Shown: positions 40,991-58,437 of the stretch, one piece after another | Layout of the letters: the number at the start of each line of letters is the position of its first letter | Numbering within the stretch: position 1 is the first letter of the stretch | NCBI RefSeq assembly: GCF_009914755.1 | Contig: NC_060936.1 | Length of the DNA stretch: 64,000 nucleotides | Strand: one strand, 5' to 3' | Source of the DNA: the human T2T-CHM13v2.0 reference genome, Homo sapiens | Notes under the pieces: generated by a model | The model's input: the letters and a program-made list of their open reading frames with translations, nothing else | Databases searched by the model: none | What the model was told of the DNA's origin: nothing | Position numbers and translations under genes: made by a program

Positions 40991-43900
40991 GTGCTGGTGG
41001 CTGTGCTGTGAATGATAACAGCAATAATGGTAAAAATAATAATACCACGTTCTATAAGAGAGATGAGCCTAGATCACTGGCGGAGCACCAGGAAAAGGGG
41101 ATACCTGACTGATCCAAGCCTGGTGGTGGGGCTGGGTCATCCGAGACATCATCTTAGAGGAAGTGAGGAATATGGTGAGGTCTGAAAGCCCCACAGTTAG
41201 CGGGAAGAAGAGAGTGAGCAAATCCAGAGAGACTTGGGGGCAAGGGACTTGCTCCTGGGCAGGTCCCTTAGGTGCAAGAAAGCGCAGTACTTCTAGAGAA
41301 ATCACAGGGGTCCAGTGCCCTGCATGGGACAGGGCTGCTGAGAGACAGAGCCTGAGGGGCTGGCAGGGGCCAGGATGCAGATGCTGGGTGCCAGGCTCAG
41401 GCATCTGCGCTTTCCATGGAAGGCAGTGGGGACTCGTCATGGGTTTAAAGCACAAGGACAGCAGAGTTAGAGCTGTGATCAGAGCCTCTGTTTTGGTCTG
41501 GAGGGGACCCAGGCTTGGAGCCCAGAAACTAGGGGATTGTCAGCAGCAGTCGAGGCTCAAGGGGATGTGGTTTGTACCAGGGTTGCCAGGATGGGGGGTT
41601 GTGGCCAGGCTGTGGGGAGTGGGTGCCTAGGTACCTGGCAGGGAACCTGGGCAGACAGCAGTGCCATTCCCTGAGATGGGACACAGGAAGAGGGCAGTGA
41701 CCACTCTCAGACATTCCAAGTTGGAGGTTCCTGTGGGACATTCCATGGGCAATGTCCAACGGGAAGGTGAGAGCATGCTTCTCGCCTCTGGTATAAATCC
41801 TCCCTTCCCCAAAGTTCCCCCTGCAAGATACCATCCCTGTGCCTACAGAATCTGGGGAAAGAACATTCCATGGAGAAGGAACAGGACATTCACTGCCCTG
41901 CGTGTGGCATGTTCAGTGGAAGGAAAGGAAAGGAAGAAGAGAGAGAGAAGAGAAGAGAGAAGGAAGGTTGGGGAGGGCCATTTTGTAGAGGGTGATGATA
42001 AGAAAAAGACCAGTGACTCACAAGCTCATACAGAGAATGCCCAGCCTGGCCGAGCTGGAGATTTACCCAGAGGCATCCAGCAGAGTCCCATGTATTTCCA
42101 GATGTTTCTGGTTAGAAGTTCGTATAACTTTCAGAGAAAATGCCCTGCCCTCCTGGATTCTGGCCCAGTTTGAAGAGCACCCCAGGCTGACTGAGCGTAG
42201 CAAAGCCTCAGAGAGGCAGTGGTGGGCTGTTGGGCTGGGACCCACTGCACGTACAACTCGGGAAGCCCACCTGGCCCTCTGTGAGTCTGGCCTGTGAACT
42301 CTGATTTACCCGGAGTTGGCAGGGTTGGGGGTCTTAGAGTAGCCCTTTGAGAAGCTGGTTCAGTTCTGAACTCCATCCAGGTGTCCATGAAAGAGACTGC
42401 TTCGAGTCCCTTTCAGTCCCCCACACAGCGCTGTAGGTGTACTAGAAGTCATGTATAAACTGCCCTGAAAATCTGATTTTTGAAAGCATAGGAGAAATGC
42501 ATCCTTCTGCTGCATAAAGCATCTTCATTGTGAGTCTTGATAGAAACCAAGTGTGGCTTCAGGGCTTAAGAAGGCCAAACCTCACCCTGTGACTTACACA
42601 ACTGAGACCAGGAGTATCTATGAGAATAAAATGTGACTTTCCTTTAACACCATTTATAGATGATCTTTATGGGATATTCTGCCTCAGCAATTAGCTATGG
42701 GAATTTTAAAACTCCATAACAACTTTAAGGAAAGGAAGTTAATCAGAACTTCCCGACTAAGAACTGAGTTCAATAATCATTGCCCAAGGGGCTTCCCTGT
42801 ACCCAGAAGCCACGTAGATCTGGGCTGTGGATCAGCCTGCAGGCTCCTTGCCATCCCCCGTGGGAATGACTGAGGTCACACGGGAGGTCATCGTGGGGGT
42901 GGCTGACTTGGGGGCCAAAGACATGTACTTCAGAACAGGACAGCCAGGGTGGAACCTGGGCCTCACCACTTGCAAGGCCTGAGCCTTGGGACATGAATTC
43001 AAGCCCTCTGAGCCTCAGTTGACTCATTTGTAAGTTGCGGATATCACTTTGGGGATTATTGTGAGGATTAACTGAGATGGTGACTGTCAAGTACTTCGTG
43101 GGATGCCTGACGCATCACAGAGCCCTGCAGGTGAGTTTGTAGTTTTCCCTTGTCTGGCCACCTTGGGGTCATAGATTAGTTAGTGAATGATCAGTTGATC
43201 TAGAGCCTTCTAGATCTTTCTGCTTCATTCCAGATCTCGCATTGACCCTTTTGCCCAGTGCCTTCCTCGGGGCAGTGGAGGAAGACACAGAGTGGAGGTA
43301 TTTCTGACTCCTCTTGAGCGCCTGTGGTTTTGATGTTTTTCAAAAGAAAAGAACATTTCAGAAATAGAGGAGGGAGAATCCCCCACCAGGCAGTTTTGCA
43401 GGGAGGGCCTGGCCTGAGAATGTGCTGGGCATGGGGAGGTGAAAGATGAGCCAGGCGGAAAGGGAGGGCGAGGCTGTCCCCTGGGAAGGCTGGGTGGCCT
43501 GTCCCCAGCTGTCACTGGATGCCTTTGTTCCCTGGAGCCAAGAGGCCTCCCTTGGAGGCATCAGTTGCCACAGGAAGCAGATTCATTCATGAAAACCCAC
43601 CCCCCAGGCCCCGATCCTACTTGCTTTTTTGAACCTTTCTGTTCTTTGCTTTGGCTCAGAGAATGCCACTTAGTGTATAAAAAAGGATCCCAACGTCCCG
43701 CCCTGCTGGACCGGTGTAATTATGTCTGCTACACTTCCTTTCTGGAAGGCCCTGGTCAGGGGGTGCTGCAGCCTTCCCAGACCCCGCGGGCTCATCCTTC
43801 TTCAGCAGACCGGCCTGCCCTGTCATTTTGGGCATAAAGCCTGTGCAGGGACAGCCATGGAGCCCTTCCCCTTCCCGACCAGCTTTGAGGTTCGCAGAGG

Positions 43901-44684
43901 TGCCCCGCTCTCTGTCGCCTCAAGGCTGCACTCCCTGTTCCCCCACCCAATCCTCTCTTAGATGGCCTTCGGCGCCAGCTCACTCCTCCTCTGTGGGCTT
44001 TGCATGAATACTTCTTTCTTGGGAAAATCATTCCCTGCTCTCCCAAGCTGGAACGGCACTCCTGTGCCATGCGTCCATGGCACCTGTGCTTAATAAAAGC
44101 AGTGAACATGAACTAAACACACACCCAGGCAAGGGCCTGGTCTGGCCTTCCTGACTTCATCCTCACACCCGCCCCATGATGCAATGAGGCGTTTCCTGAG
44201 CACTTACCTGCAGGGGCATGTGCAACTCCCTCCTCTCATCTGAGCTTTACAGCCACCTTTAAAGCAGGGAGTACTGTTTGGCTCATTTTACAGTGAGGAA
44301 ATAGAGGCTTTAGGAGAAAGCCCGGACCTCATAGCTAGTAGGTGCTAGATCTGGGAATCTGACACTAGTGTCTTCTCTTGGCCACTAAATTACACTCCAG
44401 CTGCCACACTGCATTGCCATCTTTTCTGTTCCTTGTCCCTGTTAGAATGTGTGCTTTCTCCCTGAAATCATATCTTGCTTCAAACTGGGCTCCCCCAGCG
44501 CCTCAGGCTGTGGCCTGTTTGCATAACTGGCAGTCACTGGACTGATTCAGGCCAAGGATGGAGCTGCCACCAGGTTGCAGGGTCCCTCCTGAAGACGGAG
44601 GACCAGGCTGGGAGGTAGACAGCCTGCTGGGCAGGGGTGAGGGGTGAGCTGACCAGTCTGAAGCTCATCCAGGGCAAAGCGGGA

Positions 44685-44698
44685 CCTGCAGGTGGCAG
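44685..44698 (+). promoter_or_regulatory. Candidate CTCF site
   Basis: CCTGCAGGTGGCAG fits the CTCF core CCnSYAGRKGGCRS. Confidence 0.4.
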
Positions 44699-45029
44699 AC
44701 GCTGTCAGTGGGAGGTTGGGAACCAACGCCGGTGTGTGCCAGAGGAGCCCGGGTAGTGGGTGCGGGCAAGAGCAGGCCTGAGCGTTCTCTCCCTCTCCAC
44801 CTGGAACACCCTGAACTCATCACTTTTTGGGCTTCAACCAGGGGAGGCAGGGAAAGTGAAAGGAAAAGTGACATCAGCCACTCTCCCTCCTTGTCAGCAG
44901 CTTAGGGCAAAATTCTAGTTGGGAAAGGTGTCCTCATCTTTTCATTACTACATTGGCCTGAATTTCTAGAAGGTAGAGTGACTTCTCTCGGCCAGTGTAT
45001 TCATCCGTGCACCAGGCATACAGTCAGCT

Positions 45030-45215
45030 ATTCTCACCATCATCTATAACCACAGGAGGTCCGTGGCACCGTCATCCCCATTTTACAGATGAGAATGCTG
45101 AGTCTCAGATTAAGTAACTTGCCCAAGGTCCACAGCCAGTAAGTACTAGAGCCGGATTTTAAGCCCAGGCTGTCTGGCTGCAGAGCCTGTGTTCTGAACC
45201 ACTCTGCTCTGCTGC
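45030..45215 (-). mobile_element. MIR
   Basis: atccccattttacagatgag...taagtaacttgcccaaggtccacagccagtaagt. Confidence 0.85.
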
Positions 45216-47388
45216 CCCTTGATGGAAACAGCCACATAGTAAAGAACTCTATTTTTTTCATGAGAAAAAACTTTTAACTGTGAATATTAATTGCTTGTCC
45301 CTTAAGAGCAGCTGTGGGTCAAGTGACACAGTAAGTTCTTTGCAGACTTCATCCCTTTAAACCTCATAAGAGCCAGTGAGGTTTGTGCTCTCTCAGCTCC
45401 CACTTTACTGATGAGGAGACTGAGGCCAGGAGAGTGAATCTTACTGACCCCAGATCATGGGGCTGGTCAGGGCCATTGCCAAATTTTACATCCAGATTGG
45501 TCTGCCTGACTCCAGAGTCTGATCTCCAGCCTGTGCTGATGAGCTTGCTCATCTCCGCAGAGTTCCAGACATCCTAGGGAGAGTAAACCTTTGTTCCATC
45601 AAAGCAAATACTCTCCATTTTTGTTCAGTATTTATTGAATGAGATCAGGGAGACACTGATTTTCTGTAAAAATTGTATCCTGAAATCAATGTATTTAGTT
45701 TCTACCACTTAGTTTTAGTAGGGTCACTGGCCTTTAAAGAAAAAAATGCAAAGACTTTTCCCAGTTCTTGCCTCACTTTTCTTTAATGAGCTCTGAAATC
45801 AGGCCAGCCCAGGGGGACCTATCCCACGTTCCCTATTCTGGATAATAAAATGGGTCACTCACTTCTTTTTAGTTTTATAATTTCCATTGATCATAAATCT
45901 ACATGTGTTGTCAAAATACTCCTCTGAGGTTGATGGAAGGTAGCAAAGATGGTTTTTCTATTTCATAGGAATGTTATGGCACCACACAGATGACACTCCC
46001 TGCCCTCTCACTCTGCCCTGGAATCCATCCCTGCACCTCCAACAAGGGCTGCTGGGTGGATAGAAGGAGAAAATCCCTCTTTTTGCTCTGCTGTCCAGCA
46101 GCACAACAAAAAGGCATATTTGGGTTCCAGTCTTTGCTCTGCTGCTTTCTGGGAGTGGGTGGATGAGCTCTCATCTCTGGGCCTCAGTTTTGCCATCTGA
46201 AAATCAGAGGGTGGTATCAGATAATCACAAAGGTATTTTGTAACTCTGAAGTTCTGGGTTCTAAGGACTCTGAGATGCAAAATTATTTGAAAGCTCTACA
46301 GGCAGAAGAATATTAATACCTCTGATGTCATGCAATTGAGGGTGTCTTATTCACCTCTGGGCCCCGGGTCTGTGTCCCTGCCATTGTGTGTGACTCTGTT
46401 CCTGGATATCTGTATCTTCATGTCCTCGGCCATGGCCTAAGAAGCCGCAGAGATGTCTGACTTCCTCAGTGAACAGCAGATGGATGGATTTAGACGTGCT
46501 TGTCCCTCTAGCACTCCACGATGGTCTTCCTGTTCCACTTTCACTATGATTGAGAATGGGCCGTCCTTCTTGAAAGAGGAAAAAGGCAGTGAAGTGATAA
46601 ACAAAATCTTCTTAGTACTCTGCAAAGATGTTCATGTGTTGCCACAAAGCTAATCACCCTTTTCTGAATTCTGCAAGTATTGGGCACCAAGTGCCTGGGA
46701 CACTGAGATACCTGGGCCTTATCCCAGCTGCCCTGGAGGGAGGGCATGAGTTGAGCTCACATTGTTCATAGTGACATTAACTATGATCAGGATGGAGCAG
46801 GTTGAGGCAAAGGGATGAAGGTAAAGGTGGTGGAAATGGCTCCGTTGGGGCCCCAGGCTTGGTGGTGGTGGTTACTGGGGAGAGAACGAGGGTGTCTTCC
46901 AGGCAGGGGTAGGAGGAGGGCTTTGGAGCCCCATCTGCAGAACTAGCTCCACCTCTCTCTTGGGGGAGGACCAGCCTTCCTCTCACTGGAAGCATGCAAC
47001 ATGCAGAAACGAAAGGCCCAGAGCATGGCTCATGCGTGCCTTTGGAACAATGGAGAAATCGGGTATTGTTAAAACATGCTGCTTGACTAAGAAATAAATG
47101 GACCTCTTTGGGTGCCTCTCAATTCATAGTTCAGTTACTGTGAAATTCCATGAATCCTTTACAGTCTGTTAATACATATTAATAGCTAATCTTGATATTG
47201 CCAGAAAATTGCTCTTCAGACCTCCAATTTGCTTAACAGCTGCCAATCTAAGTTGCCGCCAATTGCCTCTATCGGTCTTCTGTGTCAGTGAGATATTAAG
47301 TCGCCATGAGCCAGGCATTTTGCACAGATGACAAATGTGTTTGGCGTTCACTGCAGAACCCGCTCATGTAAAAGCGACGCTCAATCAT

Positions 47389-47583
47389 CAGTTCTCAAAG
47401 TGAAACAGAGACCACCAGCCTCAGAATTGGCCTGATAGAATCATCACGGGGCAGCGATCAAGAGCAGGTTCCCAGGACAGCCCGACCCACTGAACCAGAA
47501 TTACTCAGGGTGGTGTCTGGGAACCCGCATTGCATCAGATTCCCGCTGTGATTCTTACATACACTGAACATTGAGAAATGCTG
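47389..47583. mobile_element. MER5-type hAT MITE
   Basis: cagttctcaaagtg...tgattctt...ttgagaaatgctg termini. Confidence 0.65.
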
Positions 47584-49219
47584 TCAGGTGAAAGGCAAAG
47601 CAACATTCCTGCTATCCTGCCCCCGGCACTTGGGAAACCACCCTCTGTAAGGTTTACAGTAGCTACTTCCTGAGTGCCTACTATGTGCCAGGTACCATGC
47701 TATGTGCTTTCCTTGTGGGCTCTCATCTAATCCTCAAAATGACCCTGAGAAGTAGACTTTATTGTTGTCCCCATTTTGCAGATGAGGAAACTAAGGCCTG
47801 AAGGGCTCAAGTGATTAGGCCAAAATAGAAGTAGAATATTCTGGTCAGTCTGGGAAGAGAACCAATGAAGCCAACTGGTTCAAAGAAGGGAGAGGCCAGG
47901 AGGAGATCCTGAAGGGAGGCAAGCCCCTGCCTCCCAAGAGCATCACCCTCTGGGAGGCCCATCGTGGTAGGGGAGGTTGACGGCCTCCCTGGCTAGGGGA
48001 GGGGTAAGCCACCCGGGACTGCTCAGTGGACCCATGCTCCTCCTCCCCTACTCCTGCCAGCAGCGACTTCCGAGGACCCCAAAGCACTAGCCAGCAGGTG
48101 CTCAGCCTGCCTGCCCTTACTTCTGATTTCCCAAGCAGTGTGGGAGCTGCATCCCTTCCTCACCGTTGTTCCTGTTCCGGGCCACCATTCATCGGAAAGC
48201 AGGCCAGCTTGGCAGCAGCCCCATTCCTATTCCTGCCCCCCTCCGGCACCCTGCCCAGGCCTCCGGAAGCCCAAACAGCTGATCTGAGATGTCAATAAGG
48301 CCCTTCCAGCTGCACCTGGCCTGGCTGAAAGGGAGCCCCGGGGGTACCACACAGCCTCAGACCAAGTCCTTCCTGGGCAGCCCTTGGCGCCCTCCCCCTC
48401 CAGCGTGATTTGATTCCCCTCCTCTTGTTTCTTGGCCTCACCAGACGGGTGGAAAGTGCCAGCGTCCCTCCCTCATCAAAAGCTGTTGCATTTCTACCCA
48501 GGGCTGAGAGTCCCCGCTCTTCTCTCTTGGCCTCCAGCCCCAGAGCTGATGCTAAGCTCCTGTGTGGCAGCCACAGGCTCTAAGCCAGAAATCTCCACCA
48601 GAAGATGAGGTGGGGGCTGCGGGTTTAGGCACAGGAAGCCCACGCGGCCTCATTGGCCGTCTTGTGACCCGAACAATCCCTGCTGTCCCAAAGTCATTCA
48701 TGCATTCAACAAAGCTTTCAGTGTCCACCGTATGTGAAGCACTGGGAATACAACAGTGAACAAAAATTAGTGAAAACTACCTGCCATCTCAGAGTTAACG
48801 TTCAAGAAGGGAGAGACCAGCAAAATAAGTAAATTGAGATAAACTAAGGAGATAAGTACTACAAAGAAAAGGGAAGCAGGGAAGGGGATGGGAGAGCTGA
48901 GGTTCCAGAGGTGTCTCTTAATATCCACCACTGAGTGTGAGCCTTCCTAACTGCACCCAGGGACTCCCACAGTCTGGCTGGTTCCGCCTTGTCTTTCTCT
49001 TGCAGTTGCCCACAGGTTCCACTAAGTGAGCAGGGGCAGCTGGGCTGGAGGCAGTGGGGGCTGAGAGCAGCCAGAGGAAGGCACCCCCTTACTATCCTCA
49101 AACACCTGGGGGAGGCACCAACCCTACAGGGATGGTTCGGCTCACACCACTAAAATGATTGTAGCTAACATTTAAGAATACAGAGATATCACATGAAACC
49201 TAATATTCTGACTTCTCTT

Positions 49220-51687
<2,468 letters not shown>

Positions 51688-51890
51688 ATTCTGACTTCTC
51701 TTGAGAAATTGAAACATCTCGAAAGACCAGGTCCTCAATTCCCTAATGACGGTATCAGTGAGATCTATGTGGCATCAGCCACCTTCAGTGGCCCAGTGGA
51801 CGCTGACTGGGTTCATTCCCATTCAAGGTGCCGAGGCCATTCATTTCTATTTCCTGATGGTTCTGGAGAGCCTTTGAGTTTGTGACTCTA
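51688..51890. mobile_element. MER102 hAT-Charlie (left part at ~49125-49219), split by the L1PA
   Basis: ttctgacttctcttgagaaatt...cattcatttctatttcctg...tttgagtttgtgact resembles MER102. Confidence 0.6.
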
Positions 51891-53892
51891 ACCCAGGTCA
51901 CCCAATATAAACCCTGCCTACAAAAGAAGTACTTTAACTACACTAGGGTGAAACAACCCTTTCTCATTGCTCAGCAAATCCTGGGCTTTCCTTTCTGCTC
52001 ATTTTTTTCTGCCTATAAAGATCCCAAGGTTAAAATGGAGCTCAGAACTATCACCCACCTGTGCCAGTGTCAGCTGAGGCTGGCTTGGGGGCTGATCCAG
52101 AGGCCAACACCAGGCCCTCCATCACTATCACCCAGAGCCTCCTACCTCACCTTCAGGGCTCAAAATGCTTTCCAGCCACGGTGCATTTTCCTTCTTCCTT
52201 TTGCCTTGGAAAGGAAGGCAAAGCTTCTGCAGAGATTCAGTTGTTGTTCCTTGCAGTCAAACAGGTGCTTCCCTAGTGACAAGTTACAATCCAGAGAAAC
52301 CAATTTCCCTGACAACGTTAATGTCAGTTAACATGAAGCCACTTCTTTCCTAAACCCTTTACGTTTTGTACCAGGTCCAGACCAGATCGTTTCTTTAAAG
52401 GCCCAATATTTTTCTCCTTTCTTTTCTAAACCTAAGAGGTTTTGAGCATTATGTAATTCTTAGTGCTTCCCCTAAAATGCACCCAAAGATGTCTGAGACC
52501 TGTGACCTTCTAGACCTTTGACCCCTGGCTCTACTGAATGAAAAGTCCCCTATCTTAAACCTGAGGACCAGGAAGGTGAAACTGGCCCAAGATCATATGC
52601 CGGTCACCACTCCAGTCCAGTTCTTTGCTTTAGCTTATAGCTCCTGGCATTGGAGCCCCTGAAATAGTGGAGTCCCACCCGGGCAGCCTCAGATTTCCAG
52701 GAGCAATTAAATATAACAGATCTCTGGGGTGGGACTCAGTCCTCAGTGTTTAAAGCTCTCCTATGATCCCAGTGAGCTGCTAGGGTTGAGACCCACGCCT
52801 CCAGCGGCTGCCCGGGAGCCGATAACTCCCGGGTGGGTCTCCAGACCCCAGGAGGCTGCACCATGCAGGGTCTCAGACCACAGTCTGCCTGGACTCGAAC
52901 CCCAGACCCGGTTCCTAGCTCCCTGAGCTTGAGCAAGTTAATTATTCTCCCTGTGCCTGTTTCCTTATCCACAAGTTGAAAATACTAATGATACCTACCT
53001 CATAGAGTGTGAAGATCAACAGTAGCTGGTACATAGTAAGTGCTCAATATATGGTAGCTAGTATAAATATGTGACCCTTTTTTTGCTGTGGATGTGGTGT
53101 CTTCGGTGATTCCTCATGACTAGCCCTTTTCATGAGAGTTTAGTAATTCCTCTGCCAGAAAGAAACGTCATATAATCAGAGCAAATCAGCTCATCAGGTG
53201 CTCCTCCCCCTCCCCCAATTCTGAAACAGAAAGATGATGGCAGCACAACTGACATGCTGAGAGGGGTTTTGCATTCAGATTTTTAAGTGGAGAAACTGAG
53301 GCTAGACCCAAGCTAACAGTTGTTAAAGGCAGATTCAGAAAACCCTCAGTCACTTAATGCTTCCAAATGTACCTGTTTCTCTGGGTCTATTTGCCTGCAT
53401 GTCCCCCGACTCTGCCCACCCCGAGACAGTCAAAGGGGGCGACCTCTCTTCCTCCTGTTTGGGTTCTTGTGTCTGAGGGAAATTGCAAACGCTGCAGTAA
53501 TGTTTTAATTTAAGGGAAACCAGCTCTTCCTTTTAAGATGAAACGTAGTAAAATTTTAAAGACTTTTTCAAACAGTCCCTAAATTTGTTACTTAAACTAA
53601 TTATGGTTGCCTTTTATAAATGTCCAAATTAAAAATAGACATCTAAACGAGAATGCAGGACACAGCCCAGAGCCCGGAGCCATGTTCACGGTTTCCTAGA
53701 ATCAGCCCTCCTCTGACCTAATTTATACTTTTGAGAGATCAAAGCGAGATGAAGGGAGTTGGAGGCTGGGGCTGGGGGTGGATCTAGGAGTCTGTCGGCA
53801 GCAGATGGCGAACCTGGGTTCTGTGTTTTGTAATTAAGTATAGCTGTGAATTGGTGAAAGACATTAGATTACAGTCATTTCCAAATAGTATA

Positions 53893-54535
53893 AAGCTGTG
53901 GTTCTCAAAGTTTGGTTCCTAGTCCAGCGGCATCAGCATCTCCTGGTGTTATAGGGGTCGAATTGTGTCCCTCCCAAATTCATACGTTGAATTCTCAACA
54001 CCCAGGACTTCCAGAGGTGACTGTATTTGGAGAAAGGACTGTTAAATGGGGGATTGAGGGAAAATGAGGACTTTTGAGTGGGGCCCTGATCCAGTCTGAC
54101 TGGTGTCCTTATTAGAGGCAGAGACACCTGGAGCGCATGCCCGGTGGGGGCTGGAGGGGGGAGGGGGGAGATTAAGAGGAAGAGACACCTGGGGAGTGGA
54201 GTCGGGGGAGAGATGGCCGTGTGAGAAGGCAGCAAGCAAGGCACATCTACAGGCCAAAGAGAGAAGCCTCAGGGAACACCAGCCCCACCCGGCACCTTAG
54301 TCTTTAAATCCCAGCCTCCAGAACTGTGAAAAAATAAATCTCTGTCGTTTAAGCCACCTGGTCTGTGGTATTTATTATGGCGGCCCAAACACTTTGGGGG
54401 CTTGCTAGAAATGCAGGTTCTCAGGCCTGTCAGACCTGCTGAGTCAGAAATTCTGGGAGGAGAACCCAGCAAGCTGTGTTCTCACAAGCCCTCCAGGTAA
54501 TAACGTTCATGTAGGCTCAAGTTTGAGAACCACTG
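53893..54535. mobile_element. MER5A split by an MLT1 LTR
   Basis: gtggttctcaaagtttggttcct...catcagcatctcctgg [MLT1] gcttgctagaaatgcag...tttgagaaccactg. Confidence 0.85.
53947..54391 (+). mobile_element. MLT1B-type MaLR solo LTR
   Basis: tgttatag...aattgtgtccctcccaaattcatacgttgaa...cagcctccagaactgtga...aataaat...tttaagccacc. Confidence 0.88.
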
Positions 54536-56009
54536 GCATGAAGTATGATTAGTACTCAGGGGTAGCCAGCCCAGGAGAGAATGACGCATGGTTGGAGTAG
54601 GGACTGGTCGGCTAAATATAAACTTTCTTTTAGTAGGCTCTGCAGCCTCTGGAAGAGTCCCAACGGGTTCCTTAAATGGGATGTGGTATGTGTGAAAGTG
54701 TTCCATACATGAGGAAGCTTTCTGTTGACCTTAGGTGGAAGTGAATCGTGGCATTATTCAGTCAGCTGAAGAAAGCAACCCTCCAAATACCCCAACACAG
54801 GCAAACTGAATCCAAGAATCTCCCTCCTGCACTGAATTTTCCGAGTCCTTTGAAATCTTGTGCATGTTCCTCTCCAAACAACTGGAATGTTTCTCTTTTC
54901 TGATAACTAGAGCAAGAAGATTTAATCATATTTCCCCTTTTGTCCTTGCTGCTAGGAAGCCCACAGCCAATTGAGATTCTAAATCCCAGCCCTCATAGAA
55001 TATTTTTTTTCTATTTTTATTTCATACTGCACATATGTCCTTTGTTATGGTCTCTTCAAAACCTTTTGAGAAAGCAAACAAGAAGAGGGGAGAGAAAGGG
55101 AATGTAAGAAGAAAGACATTGATCTCACAGCTCAGATAATTGTCAGATCAACAAGTCCTTTCTTTGTAAAATTGATCAAACTTGGTTGGAAAATTTGGGC
55201 ATTCTCTTTTACTATGAGGGAACGGGTTTTTCTTCATTAATGAGTGAGTCTTCTTCACTCTCTTGTCTTCCTGATGTCCCCAGAGCTGTTGGTCCCATCA
55301 GTAGTTCCGGAACTGTGCTCAGGGAACGTGTTAGTTGCTGAGGGGTTATGACAGTTACAAAAGCTCTTCTGAGCCCTGGTGGAGCCAGGCTGTCATCAGA
55401 AATCTCTCCTGCCCCATTTTGACATGGTGGCAAAGAATTCCTCTCTTCCGTCTGGCCTGTCCAGGGCTGTCCTTACTCCAGGTTTCATAAACCAAGGTTC
55501 AAGAAGTCCACAGATAGAACCCCCAGGAGTCTAGAGTTCCATAGAAGAACTTTATTGATTGAGTGTTTTTATTTTGGTGATAATCTTTTGAAAAATGATT
55601 ATCCATTTCTGGATCATCAGGTCTGCCCCGGATAACCTAGTTCTGCCATATGAAGTCGTGGTGCCTGTGTTCATTGATGTTCTTGGTGGTTCCGTGTAGC
55701 TCCATTTTTATTGTCTTGGGCTAATTGGAAATGAGCAGAAAAGGAAAATATATACATGATGAGCTTTTACCAAGTAAAGGTCAAATGAGATTCCAGCGTG
55801 CCGAGTTTCACAGTAACTAGGAATGAGGAAGTGGTAAGGAAACCGAGTCCTCATGCAGCACAGAAAGGGAAGCTCTACTCCAAACACCCTGACCCACAGC
55901 AGTGAGCAAGCATCTGCGTGGTTTCAGGCAGGGCTTTAGTTCCAGTAAAACATCACCCCTCATGTTAATGTTGTGCATTTGAATGTTTATGTTTGTTTTG
56001 AACTTGTAG

Positions 56010-56352
<343 letters not shown>

Positions 56353-56416
56353 TGTGCACATTTTAGTACCATTTTATTTTTAATAATTTAAATCAACACT
56401 AGTCTGAAAATATTTT

Positions 56417-56447
56417 TATTTTTTGAGACAAGGTGCTTACTGTCACC
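56417..56447 (-). mobile_element. ~30-bp Alu 3' tip with apparent TSD
   Basis: ttttttgagacaaggtgcttactgtcacc flanked by ctgaaa(a/t)tatttt (56404-56416, 56447-56459). Confidence 0.6.
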
Positions 56448-57611
56448 TGAAATTATTTTAAAATTAAAAAATTATAAAAACCAATTAAAATGTATTTTTA
56501 AAAACATTAATAGTAGAGGCCCAGGTGAATTTCTCTCTTGGATTTGAGAAGCATTCTCTTGACCCCTACCCCAGAGTCTTCCTGAGGGGAAACTGTGTGT
56601 GCCTTGTTGTGGCAGGTGCACCATTTGCCCCTTAAACTGCTGTGGAGAAGAAGGAAATGGAGGGGAAAGAAACCTCAAATACCAGGTTTAAAAGCCCCAC
56701 TGAGTTATTTTCCGCCTCTGCAACTGAATGTAAAATGATATGCTGGTGTCATTTCCATTTTTCCTGCCTTTGTGGTCCTGAATGCAGTATTAACTGGCAT
56801 GCTACCTCCCTGGGGATTCAGGTGGCCAGAAAATTGTCTCCAGCTCAAAAGAGGTTGGGAGGGTGATGAGGGGGAGATCCCCTTATTTCTCTGCTCATCT
56901 TAGTAACTTATTGCCTTCAGAATTGTCCTTAGTGATTCAAATGGCAGAATTGATGGGCCCTGTTTCCTTCCTAGTCCTTTCATTTCCTTTAAACACAGGT
57001 TTGGTTTTGTTTAATGGCATTGTTCAATAGCCCAAGAGGCCCATGAATGCTTCTCTTAGGGTGATGAATACATCGGCTAAGAAGTCATGAATTGCAAAGG
57101 TCAGAGTTTTCCTATTCAAAATAATTATTAATTGAATCCAGTGACCTAGGGCTGACCTGCAACAAAATTACAGAGCTGGTGAAATTTGTCTTTGAGATTC
57201 CTATCCAGGCGTTCTTTTTCAGATTTCTTTTTTCTTCTTTGATAAAAGAATGCCTACGTATTAACTACCTGTTTTGTGCCATACCTTGTCCAAATCCTGT
57301 ACTAGAGTTGATCTTATTTACTGAATGCTGAAATGTACCTTATTTGCTGTAGTCACCACCCCTGCGGGGTAGGTGGTACTATCCCCATTTTGCAAATAGA
57401 GGAACTGAGACTCAGAAGGGTAAGGCTCTTGCCCAGGATCAAGCCCAGACCTTCTTATTTCAAATCTTATCTTCACTGTACTTTACAAGTACCCTAATAC
57501 ACTGTCCTTATTCTTCTATATAAAATAGCCTCTTATATGATGTTATCTTCTCTTTAAACTTATAGTTTAGTACCAACTTGCTCAAAGTTATCACTTGAAT
57601 GATTGACCTCC

Positions 57612-58060
57612 TCTTTTAGGTTCCTGAGGCCATCATAACAAATTACCACAAACTGAGTGGCTTAAAACTAAGGAAATGTATTCTCTCACAGTCCTGGAAG
57701 CCAGAAGTCTGAAATCAAGCTGTTGGCAGGGCATGCTCTCTCTGAAGGCTCCAGAGGAATGGATCCTTCCTTGCCTCTTCCCAGCTGCTGGTGGTGGCCG
57801 GCAGTCCTTGGCATTTTTTGGCCTGGAGACACATCATTGCAGTCTCCGACTCTGTCCTCACGTGGCATTCTCCCTGCGTGTCTCTGTGTCTCTGCTTTCT
57901 CTTCTTATAAGGACACCACCCATTGGGTCAGGGCCCACCCTAATCCAGTATCATCTCATCTTAACTAATTACACCTGCAAAAACCCTATTTCCATATCAA
58001 ATCACATTCTGAGGTTCTGGGTGGACATGAATTTGGGAGGGACATTATTTGTCACAGTAC
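57612..58060 (-). mobile_element. MLT1C-type MaLR solo LTR
   Basis: taacaaattaccacaaactgagtggcttaaaac...tcttataaggacacc...gggtggacatgaatttggg. Confidence 0.88.
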
Positions 58061-58086
58061 AGCTCTATGAAAGAACTTTATGATAA

Positions 58087-58437
<351 letters not shown>

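Noticed and set aside
54140-54195. G-run cluster (possible G-quadruplex) and repeated agagacacctgg
   Set aside because: Lies in the variable middle of an MLT1 LTR; no evidence of function.
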